Source: an uncultured Planctomycetaceae bacterium (GTDB taxonomy: Bacteria > Planctomycetota > Planctomycetia > Planctomycetales > Planctomycetaceae). Taken from it: a stretch of 64,000 nt of DNA. This document shows positions 1 to 8,941 of the stretch, in pieces. Made by a program: the position numbers and the translations under genes. The notes under the pieces were generated by a model. The model had not been told where the DNA came from. It ran no database searches and worked only from the letters and a program-made list of their open reading frames with translations. How positions within the stretch are numbered: the stretch's first letter is position 1; the number at the start of each line of letters is the position of its first letter. The stretch lies in the NCBI GenBank assembly GCA_963815195.1, contig CAWFGE010000014.1, positions 96,001-160,000 on the forward strand, read 5' to 3'.

Positions 1-561
1 CGCGCGGAGAGAGCCCGCGACTATTATCTTTCGGACCTGCTGCCGGACCTCGCCGACCAAAAGATTCGCGGTCCTCTTGCGACAGTCTGGCCGGATTGGC
101 ATCCCGATCTGCTGGTGGCTGTGGTCAGCGGCGGGTGGGAGCTGATCCCGCTTCTCTCCGAGGCTCTCCGGCCGCAGCGATGTCTGCTGGTCTACACCGA
201 GGGGGAGAAAGAAATGCTGAAGGCCACCGACCGGGTGGAAGCAGAGCTCAAATTGCAAGACATCCCGGTCGACCGCATCTCGTTCGACGACGCCGACACG
301 CTGGTCGCCGAGTTGCCGGAAGCATTGCCGGTCACGCTCGAATCGTCCGATCCCGAGGGCGTGTTGCTGGATCTCACGCTCGGAACGAAACTGATGACTC
401 TGGCCGTCGACCATGCCGTCCAGCCAGGCCATCGCCTGATCTACATTCAGAGCCGGCCAGGGGCGGGCCGGCGAAGCGATCCCGCTTCCCTCTGCCCGTG
501 GACGACGCAAGTCCGCCCGGATGGCACCCGCCCCCCCCTGACGCTGGCACGGCCCTCGTGA
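1..561 (+). CDS. CRISPR-associated protein ending in a CARF domain (5'-partial)
   Basis: Frame open from base 1 to the stop at 561; Rossmann-like start (LLVAVVSGGWELIPLL..LRPQRCLLVYT) and CARF motif LLDLTLGTKLMTLA; lies directly upstream of cas2/cas1. Confidence 0.7.
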   Translation, partial: RAERARDYYLSDLLPDLADQKIRGPLATVWPDWHPDLLVAVVSGGWELIPLLSEALRPQRCLLVYTEGEKEMLKATDRVEAELKLQDIPVDRISFDDADTLVAELPEALPVTLESSDPEGVLLDLTLGTKLMTLAVDHAVQPGHRLIYIQSRPGAGRRSDPASLCPWTTQVRPDGTRPPLTLARPS

Positions 562-814
562 CAAATCGTCGCGGATGACGGTCGAACGCCATCGTAGAAC
601 CGGTTTGCATTGCTTCCTGCAGGCGACGACCCTCTGGCGCCCCACTTTTCACGAAAATCCCGGCTTGGCTTTCCGTTCGTGTCCCTTTCTGCGGCTGGGG
701 TGCGTATTCCCGGAGGACGCGGTGATCGAGCATGTCTATTCCACCAAAACGCCCGTCAGACGAGGCATTCCTTCCACCAGCAGCCCCGCCGTCTTGACAG
801 AGGAGACGTTCTTC

Positions 815-1090
815 ATGCACTGGATTATCGCCTACGACATCCATGCCGACCGTCGCCGCGCCCGCGTCGCCCGCCGACTGGAACGCGCCGGACTTCGGGT
901 ACAGCAGTCGGTGTTCCTGGTCGAAGAATCCAGTCCGCAAATCCACGACCTGTTGCACGAGCTGTCTCGCCTGATCGCGAAGTCAACGGACCGGGTAGCG
1001 GCATGGCCGTTGCAGGCAAACTGGATTGCCGCGTTTGAGGAGGTCGGTCTGTCGTCCGGCCCCGTCCACGAGCCCACCGTCATCTGGTGA
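815..1090 (+). CDS. cas2: CRISPR-associated endonuclease Cas2
   Basis: MHWIIAYDIHADRRRARVARRLERAGLRVQQSVF matches the YDI..RR..RVQ.SVF Cas2 signature; 91 aa from ATG 815. Confidence 0.93.
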   Translation: MHWIIAYDIHADRRRARVARRLERAGLRVQQSVFLVEESSPQIHDLLHELSRLIAKSTDRVAAWPLQANWIAAFEEVGLSSGPVHEPTVIW

Positions 1091-1163
1091 AAACATGCCG
1101 CAACGAAACCACGACCCTTCCAAAACCCCAACTTCACGCCGCCGGGCGGCCGGTTCCAAGACG

Positions 1164-2120
1164 ATGGCCGAGACCGTGCATTTAGTGGGTCCTGGCGTGC
1201 TCCGGGTCCGTAACCGGATGCCGTGCTGGGAACCGATCGACGGCGAAGCGTTGCTGTTGCATCCGGAGCGGCTCCAGACCCTCCTGCTCCACGGTTCGGT
1301 GGATCTGACCGGGGCGGCCTTACGGGCGCTGTGGGGGCACGGGGTCCAGGTCAGTTTTCTGAGCGTCGAAAGCCACCGCTTATTGGGACGCATCAACCCA
1401 CCAGCGGCGCGGGCCGGGGCGCTGGCGTTTTGGCAACACCAGGCTGCCTGTGATGCCGCGTTTGCGTTGGAGCAGGCGAGGCGCCTCGTGCGGGAGAAGC
1501 TCGAAAGCATCGAGCGGGTCGCCGCCCATCTCCGACGTCACGGCCACGCCGAGGCCTCCGATCTCCGCCATTTAATCGGCGCGGATCTGCGGCAGGTCGA
1601 CCGGGCCACCTCGCTGGAAAGCCTCCGCGGTATCGAAGGCGCCTCGTCCGCCCGCTGGCACCGTCTGCTCCGCACGTCGTTTCCGAGGCACCTGCCCTAC
1701 CCGGGGCGGAAGGCCCATCCGCCGACCGATCCGGTCAATGCCCTGCTCTCGCTCGGTTACACCTTTCTGTTGGGCCGGACCCAGACCTTGATCGACGCGA
1801 TTGGTCTCGACCCCTTGGTCGGCGTCTATCACCAACTGCGTTCCGGACGGCCCGCCCTGGCCTGCGATCTGATCGAGCCGTTCCGCGTGCCGGTCGTGGA
1901 CCAGATGGTGCTCGCCCAGATCCGGCAGCGATTCTTCCTCAAACATCATTTCCACGAAACGTTGCAGGGCGTCCGGCTCCAGCAGTCGGACTTTCGGCGA
2001 TTCCTCGAGGCCTTCGAGCAGCGACTGACTGAAACCCAAGACGGGCAGACCTTGCGCGACCACATCGAAAGTCGGGTGGAGCAATTCGCCCGCGAGGTAC
2101 GAAGCCACGCGAAGCAGTGA
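1164..2120 (+). CDS. cas1: CRISPR-associated integrase Cas1
   Basis: LRGIEGASS, PPTDPVNALLSLGY, GLDPLVGVYH and LACDLIEPFR carry the Cas1 E/H/D-E catalytic motifs; alternative start ATG 1095. Confidence 0.95.
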   Translation: MAETVHLVGPGVLRVRNRMPCWEPIDGEALLLHPERLQTLLLHGSVDLTGAALRALWGHGVQVSFLSVESHRLLGRINPPAARAGALAFWQHQAACDAAFALEQARRLVREKLESIERVAAHLRRHGHAEASDLRHLIGADLRQVDRATSLESLRGIEGASSARWHRLLRTSFPRHLPYPGRKAHPPTDPVNALLSLGYTFLLGRTQTLIDAIGLDPLVGVYHQLRSGRPALACDLIEPFRVPVVDQMVLAQIRQRFFLKHHFHETLQGVRLQQSDFRRFLEAFEQRLTETQDGQTLRDHIESRVEQFAREVRSHAKQ

Positions 2121-3427
2121 GACGACTGAAAAAGCGAACCAGCGACACCGCTGGATGCAGGTCATTCCGCAGACCGGTCGGAAGGGACAGTCATGGCAGC
2201 CATCGAGCGAAGAGTGTGGGCTATGCGGCGATCTGCGACGTCGAGATCCTCCGGGAGGCTTGGCATGCGACGCGACGGGGCGGGTCGGCTCCCGGTGTTG
2301 ACGGGCAAACCCTTGCCGAGTTCGAGGCTGACGTCGAGCAACGGTTACGGAAGCTGGCAAATGATCTCCGCAACCGGCGCTATTGCCCCTCACCCTTTCG
2401 CCGATCGTTTTTGAGAAAAACCGGCGGCGGCCATCGCCCACTCGCAATTCCTACCATTCGGGACCGCATCGTTCAGCAGGCCATCCGTCAAGTGCTTGAA
2501 CGCGTTCTCGAACCAAACTTTGCGGCCTCCAGCTTTGCTTACCGTCCCAACCTGGGCGTCGAGCAGGCAATGGATCGGTTGCTTAAGCAGTTGCACCGCG
2601 GGCACACCTGGGTGCTGGAGTCGGACGTGGAGAACTTCTTCGATTCGATTCATCTTCAGACCCTTTGGGACCGTCTGGGGAACGTCGTTGCCGATCGTGA
2701 GTTGCTCGACTTGGTGCGCACCTCACTCACTGCCGGTGTGGCGGGAACACGGACCGTCCGAAAATCCTTCCAGCCTCGCTGTGGCCTGCCCCAAGGCAGC
2801 CCCCTTTCGCCATTGCTGTCCAATTTCTACCTGACACCCTTCGACCGGGTGTTGGAGAAACAAGGCTACGCGCTGACGCGCTACGCGGACGACCTGGTCG
2901 TGAGCTGCCCCGATCGTCGGCAGGCAGCGCGAGCCCGAGAGGACGTGACCGCCGCGCTCCGATCGTTGCGGCTCCGAGTCAGCGTGCCGAAGACCCGAAT
3001 CATCAATGCCCGGTGGGAGTCGTTCGAGTTCCTGGGGTTCCTGCGACACCCGCGCTACCTCTGGCCCTCGCCCGCCAAGGTCACTCAGTTCGAGACCTGG
3101 ATCAAGCAGGTCACCGAACCGCCGGCACGCACTTCGGTCGACAGTCTAATCAAGGAGTTGAATCCACCTCTACGGAGTTTCGGTTATTATTATCGCCGCT
3201 GCGATGTAGGCCGCTTGTTCCGACGGTTCGACCGAATCGTTTGCCGCCGCCTTACGCAGCTTGCGCGGTCGATCGAAAACAGGACGCCGCGAACAGGGTC
3301 CGGTTGGGCCGGGCGCGGGCTCGTATCCTTGACGTCAATAAGGGATGGACGTGATCCGCATCCCCCGGACGGAAGAGACGGTTATGGCGGCCCGATTGTC
3401 CCTTGCGGGAACCGCACTTCCCCCTGA
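2117..3427 (+). CDS. CRISPR-linked group II intron-like reverse transcriptase (RT plus thumb/maturase-like domain, no HNH)
   Basis: APGVDG, RPLAIPTIRDRIVQQA, SFAYRP, DVENFFDSI, GLPQGSPLSPLLSNFYL, RYADD, FEFLGF, LNPPLRSFGYYY; GTG start overlaps the cas1 TGA (GTGA); true start uncertain. Confidence 0.92.
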   Translation: MRRLKKRTSDTAGCRSFRRPVGRDSHGSHRAKSVGYAAICDVEILREAWHATRRGGSAPGVDGQTLAEFEADVEQRLRKLANDLRNRRYCPSPFRRSFLRKTGGGHRPLAIPTIRDRIVQQAIRQVLERVLEPNFAASSFAYRPNLGVEQAMDRLLKQLHRGHTWVLESDVENFFDSIHLQTLWDRLGNVVADRELLDLVRTSLTAGVAGTRTVRKSFQPRCGLPQGSPLSPLLSNFYLTPFDRVLEKQGYALTRYADDLVVSCPDRRQAARAREDVTAALRSLRLRVSVPKTRIINARWESFEFLGFLRHPRYLWPSPAKVTQFETWIKQVTEPPARTSVDSLIKELNPPLRSFGYYYRRCDVGRLFRRFDRIVCRRLTQLARSIENRTPRTGSGWAGRGLVSLTSIRDGRDPHPPDGRDGYGGPIVPCGNRTSP

Positions 3428-3715
3428 CCGTGAGAAATCGACGCGAAAGAATCCGGAAAATGCTTGCAATCCGTCGGAGGATCCGGACAATCACTTACGC
3501 CCGCTCAAAACAGGTCCACCTCACACTTTCTCATAAAATTGGGAGGAGGGTGGACCTTGCTGTTTCGTTGACGCAAATCCAAAGGCATTTGCAGATTACA
3601 CCCAACCAACCTTACCAATTGGAGGTTACATTTAACGAATGGAAACGAGTGTGAGACGCCAGGGTGGCCAAAACGCGTCCTAACCCCACACCCAGAAACA
3701 GCATAGGCGAGAGCG
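3428..3715 (+). promoter_or_regulatory. CRISPR leader (putative)
   Basis: More AT-rich non-coding stretch between RT and the first repeat; the degenerate repeat is at the opposite end of the array. Confidence 0.7.
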
Positions 3716-6700
3716 GTCTCAACGAACGCCCCCACTTCGAGGGGATTGAAACGGGAGCAGTCGGTGCAGCGGGAGCAGTCGGAGCAGTGTCTCAACGAAC
3801 GCCCCCACTTCGAGGGGATTGAAACAGCGAGTCCGTCTTGGACCCGCCGCCCGCCCCCCCTGTCTCAACGAACGCCCCCACTTCGAGGGGATTGAAACGT
3901 AAACGCCTGAGCGAACACGAGACCGATGTTTTCGTCTCAACGAACGCCCCCACTTCGAGGGGATTGAAACGCTACGATGAGCCACTCACCGCGAGGCTGG
4001 TCAGGTCTCAACGAACGCCCCCACTTCGAGGGGATTGAAACTCGGGCTGGTGGAAGACGTCGAAGAGGAGCTTCCTGCGTCTCAACGAACGCCCCCACTT
4101 CGAGGGGATTGAAACTCCTCGCGCGATCGGCTGCAGTAAACGGTCTGGAAGTCGTCTCAACGAACGCCCCCACTTCGAGGGGATTGAAACCCGCGTTCGC
4201 GTCCGTCACGATAAAGTCAGTCGCGTCTCAACGAACGCCCCCACTTCGAGGGGATTGAAACAATGGCCCCGCAGACGCACGGCGTTGGACATTTAGCGTC
4301 TCAACGAACGCCCCCACTTCGAGGGGATTGAAACGGGGGGGGACTGCGTGCATTCGCGTGTCCGCCGAATGTCTCAACGAACGCCCCCACTTCGAGGGGA
4401 TTGAAACGCTGATGTCCTTCGCAAAGTCTCCCAGGAGGCCCCGTCTCAACGAACGCCCCCACTTCGAGGGGATTGAAACCCGGCTCAATTTCGCTTCAAT
4501 GCCTTCATTTGATAGAGTCTCAACGAACGCCCCCACTTCGAGGGGATTGAAACGTGGCATGTTTGAGCCAAGAGCCTCTCGCTCTATCGTCTCAACGAAC
4601 GCCCCCACTTCGAGGGGATTGAAACAACCCTCGCAATTGCCCAAGTATCCCAGACATCACCGTCTCAACGAACGCCCCCACTTCGAGGGGATTGAAACCG
4701 TGCCAGCATCGTCCCAGTTGACCCGCATGTCGCGTCTCAACGAACGCCCCCACTTCGAGGGGATTGAAACCGGTGGTGCTGTCGGGGGTCGGCATGATGT
4801 TGGCCATGTCTCAACGAACGCCCCCACTTCGAGGGGATTGAAACAATTGCGGCAACAGCCTTTTGGTGGTCCCGTGCGGATTGTCTCAACGAACGTCCCC
4901 ACTTCGAGGGGATTGAAACCAGACCCAGGGTCCGACGCCAATAATTTACGCGTCTCAACGAACGCCCCCACTTCGAGGGGATTGAAACCTTGAGCAACTG
5001 GATGAGTTCATCCGTGGAAAGAACGTCTCAACGAACGCCCCCACTTCGAGGGGATTGAAACTAGAGCATTGCAAGCCTGACCCAGTGTGATGGTTTTGTC
5101 TCAACGAACGCCCCCACTTCGAGGGGATTGAAACTCCATTCAGGAATGTGCTGACAAGTCGGCATTTTCTGGTCTCAACGAACGCCCCCACTTCGAGGGG
5201 ATTGAAACTAGAGTTCAAGCTCTTCGCTAACCCGTGAGCCCCAGTCGTCTCAACGAACGCCCCCACTTCGAGGGGATTGAAACAAGCTGGTGCAGCACCT
5301 GCCGCAGAGGCTCGATTATGGTCTCAACGAACGCCCCCACTTCGAGGGGATTGAAACGTCGAGGCGATCAGTGCGGGTCATCTTGCACACGAACCGTCTC
5401 AACGAACGCCCCCACTTCGAGGGGATTGAAACCATACACGGCAATGAACGTAAACAGCAGAATGCCGAGTCTCAACGAACGCCCCCACTTCGAGGGGATT
5501 GAAACCGAACAGTTATGCACCCGCTTACGCGAGTTATAACAAGTCTCAACGAACGCCCCCACTTCGAGGGGATTGAAACGAGAAATCCATGCGGTCACCG
5601 GCATCAGCATCGTCGCGTCTCAACGAACGCCCCCACTTCGAGGGGATTGAAACTATCAATTCGTGCATTTGTCATGGCAATTCTCCCCTCGCGTCTCAAC
5701 GAACGCCCCCACTTCGAGGGGATTGAAACGGAGAGCGTGATTGTGACGACTGCCCCGGAATAGTTCACGTCTCAACGAACGCCCCCGCTTCGAGGGGATT
5801 GAAACAAGAGAAGATTCTTCCCACAACTGTCGACATAGGTCGGCGTCTCAACGAACGCCCCCACTTCGAGGGGATTGAAACGACGGTCAGCCATTGGTCC
5901 GGGTCGCCGGGGTCGCGTCTCAACGAACGCCCCCACTTCGAGGGGATTGAAACACGATCGAAGAGTCTGACGTGCTGACGAACGTGGAATCGGGTCTCAA
6001 CGAACGCCCCCACTTCGAGGGGATTGAAACTCTAACTTATCCTCTATAGTAACTTGTGTATAAGGTCTCAACGAACGCCCCCACTTCGAGGGGATTGAAA
6101 CGGCGGGTTTTTTTTACGCCCACACGCCCCACAACGCGTCTCAACGAACGCCCCCACTTCGAGGGGATTGAAACATTCAGTGGGGCGGTCCGTGGACATC
6201 CCCAGGCGTCCCGTCTCAACGAACGCCCCCACTTCGAGGGGATTGAAACTTGATTGACTGCGGAGACGACGCCGGGGTCGTTGCGTCTCAACGAACGCCC
6301 CCACTTCGAGGGGATTGAAACAATACTGGCTCTGGGAATGTCACAAGAGGAATCAACGTCTCAACGAACGCCCCCACTTCGAGGGGATTGAAACCTGGGG
6401 GGGACTGTGTAGTGCATTCGCGTGTCCGCCGAAGTCTCAACGAACGCCCCCACTTCGAGGGGATTGAAACCTTTCGCAACCTTCCTTAGAAGGGAGACCG
6501 CCCCAGTCCGTCTCAACGAACGCCCCCACTTCGAGGGGATTGAAACAAGTCCCGCATCGGAGGGTTCCGGCGGGGTTCTCTCGTCTCAACGAACGCCCCC
6601 ACTTCGAGGGGATTGAAACACGACAGGCGGGCAGTCCCAGAGATGGGCCACGTCCAGTCTCAACGAACGCCCCCACTTCGAGGGGATTGAAACATTTGTC

Positions 6701-7361
6701 TCCAAAGTTTCGCATTGGCATTTTTGTCTCGTCTCAACGAACGCCCCCACTTCGAGGGGATTGAAACGCGTCGCCAGACGCCGCGCACCGAACAGGGGCA
6801 CAAAATCGTCTCAACGAACGCCCCCACTTCGAGGGGATTGAAATGTTGTTGCTGTCGATTATCCAGCCGGACTTTTCTCGTCTCAACGAACGCCCCCACT
6901 TCGAGGGGATTGAAACGTCCCGGGGCGACCCCGTAGAGCGTGGAACGACTCGTCTCAACGAACGCCCCCACTTCGAGGGGATTGAAACAATTGCGGCAAC
7001 AGCCTTTTGGTGAGCCTGTGCAAATGTCTCAACGAACGCCCCCACTTCGAGGGGATTGAAACTTCAGGTCGGCGTGGCTCGGTGGGGAGGCTGTGTAGTG
7101 GTCTCAACGAACGCCCCCACTTCGAGGGGATTGAAACAGTCTTCGAGTCCGTCTCGTTGAGGGGGTCCTCTAGTCTCAACGAACGCCCCCACTTCGAGGG
7201 GATTGAAACGTCTTCGTTATCTGCAAATGCTGATAAGAAGGCCAAAGTCTCAACGAACGCCCCCACTTCGAGGGGATTGAAACGTGATATTCAGTTGATC
7301 GGCAAGGTTCGGCCCGTCAATCTCGTCTCAACGAACGCCTCCACTTCGAGGGGATTGACGG
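3716..7361 (+). CRISPR. CRISPR array, 50 repeats / 49 spacers; repeat GTCTCAACGAACGCCCCCACTTCGAGGGGATTGAAAC
   Basis: 37-bp repeats counted by hand, spacers 32-41 bp; CCCC/GGGG hairpin and 3' ATTGAAAC; single-base variants at repeats 17, 29, 43; degenerate terminal repeat at 7325-7361. Confidence 0.99.
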
Positions 7362-7546
7362 CAGGTCGCCCAGTCAGCGGCTGACCTCATGTCGCTAATC
7401 CGCGTCCATCCTGCCAACTTCTGTCTCTCCGGACTACAGGGCATCGCGACTAGGAAAATTCTTCCGCGCTCCTGTCACTCAATCGTCGGCCGTTGCGTAG
7501 AGCCTATAGAGTTTTCCCGTGCAATCGCATGAGCCGGAGGTGTGAG

Positions 7547-8090
7547 ATGGCGTCCAATGACCTGGTGAACCTGCTCTGGGCTAGTTTCTTGCCGTTGAGC
7601 GTGCTCCTTTTCGTGGCCGCCCTCGTCGGTTTCTATGCGTGGCAGCTCCACACGGAGCTTAACGCCCGCCTGGAACGCCTCAAGGCCCTAGCGGCAGATG
7701 TGCGGTGTGCACGCGAGCGTCGGCGCCGTGGACCGCTCGGGCCAAAAGCACGCGAGCCAGCGAGGGGGTCGCGGGCTCAAAATCAATGCCGACATGTGGC
7801 CGGACCCGCGGGGGGCGGCAACCCACGAACGGGCCTTCGATGCCGCTCTTGAGGCGCAGGCCGGCGAACAGGCCGTTCGGGAGCGGCTGCATCGTGAGGC
7901 GGCCGAGTACAACGCGCGTCTTCGGTCGTTTCCCGCGCTGCTGTTCGTCAGGTGGCTGGACTTTCGGCCTTGGCAATTCCGTCAGCCCCACGCAAACCAC
8001 CGCAGACCTCGCGGGCATGGCAGTCGGACTGGAGCCGGCCGGGCACGGAGGAGGTCGCCGAGCAAACCCCGCCGCCGGGGATTTTCGTAA
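7547..8090 (+). pseudogene. LemA-like membrane protein, split by a frameshift near 7720 (possibly a sequencing indel)
   Basis: GGAGG RBS, ATG 7547, N-terminal TM helix plus coiled coil; second frame contains the LemA-type C-terminal motif EYNARLRSFPALLFVRWLDF. Confidence 0.6.
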
Positions 8091-8228
8091 TCGCGACGCG
8101 AGGGCTCAGAGAAGTCGAATCAGAATTGCTTGCCATATTTTTCGCGTTCATGTCACTCGACCACGCTAGGTCCCGTAACTACTACCAGACACTTGACAAG
8201 ACGGTCCCGACACCTGAAGGAAGAAACC

Positions 8229-8837
8229 ATGCCTGCTGCCAAACACGGCACCCACAAGACTTCGCTGCCCCGGACCCTTGGCTGCCCGGAGTGCGGCGGT
8301 CGCATGAACCATAGCGGTCGTGGCCGAGCCCCGGGTTCTGCCTTTTACTTCTGCGCCGCGTGCCCGGCGTCGAAGCAAGGCAAGGAACTGTGGCTCGGAC
8401 GGGTGATCCGCACCGGCGCAAAGGGGTTCGGTTTCCTCAGCCTCGATGGCCTGCCGGCCGTGGACGCGGTCCACTTCCGCCACTTGGATGTGGTGTCGCC
8501 CACCGGATCCGCCGACCCGCTCCAACGCGACGACCGGGTGCTGGTCCTGCTCGCCACGGACCCACAGCGTGCCCGCCGCGTATGGAAACTCCGCCGGCCA
8601 GAGAGCAACGGCCGGGCGAACACCAACGGCCAGGGTGACCGCCATCGCGGAATCATCACACGAGTGGTCGACCCCGCCTATGGGTTTCTCACTGAGATCG
8701 GTAGCGGCGAGGATTACTTCGTCCACTGTAGCCAACTCGCGGAAGGGATCCGCTGGGAAGCAGGCGAGAAGGTGACATTCCGACCGGTCCGCACGGTCAA
8801 GGGGACGCAGGCCCACGAGGTTCGCCGTGAGACCTAA
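8229..8837 (+). CDS. Zn-ribbon plus two cold-shock (CSD/OB) domains
   Basis: CPECG..FYFCAAC Zn ribbon; CSD1 KGFGFL..VHFRH; CSD2 YGFL..EDYFVHCS..GEKVTF..KGTQAHEV. Confidence 0.8.
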   Translation: MPAAKHGTHKTSLPRTLGCPECGGRMNHSGRGRAPGSAFYFCAACPASKQGKELWLGRVIRTGAKGFGFLSLDGLPAVDAVHFRHLDVVSPTGSADPLQRDDRVLVLLATDPQRARRVWKLRRPESNGRANTNGQGDRHRGIITRVVDPAYGFLTEIGSGEDYFVHCSQLAEGIRWEAGEKVTFRPVRTVKGTQAHEVRRET

Positions 8838-8941
8838 GGGGGACAGGGCGGGTATCTCCCCTCCAAGATGTCCCGACGTCTCACCCTGTGGTGAGCCTGT
8901 TCGTATCAAACTATCACTGCTGTCGCAAAGGGAGTCTGACC

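Noticed and set aside
3550..3654. 34-aa ORF after GGGAGGAGG in the leader
   Set aside because: SD-to-start spacing is too short and there is no recognisable motif; more likely leader sequence
2117..3715. RT as a mobile group II intron, retron or DGR
   Set aside because: No domain V/VI hairpin after the ORF, no room for a 5' intron RNA (the ORF abuts cas1), no msr/msd or TR/VR pair seen
6102..6137. Spacer 33 as self-targeting the island's CGCCCC hairpins near 22030-22560
   Set aside because: Only short GC-rich similarity; no convincing protospacer for any spacer found by eye in this window (a real search is still needed)
3719..7384. Many short ORFs across the array
   Set aside because: Translations of the CRISPR repeat, not genes
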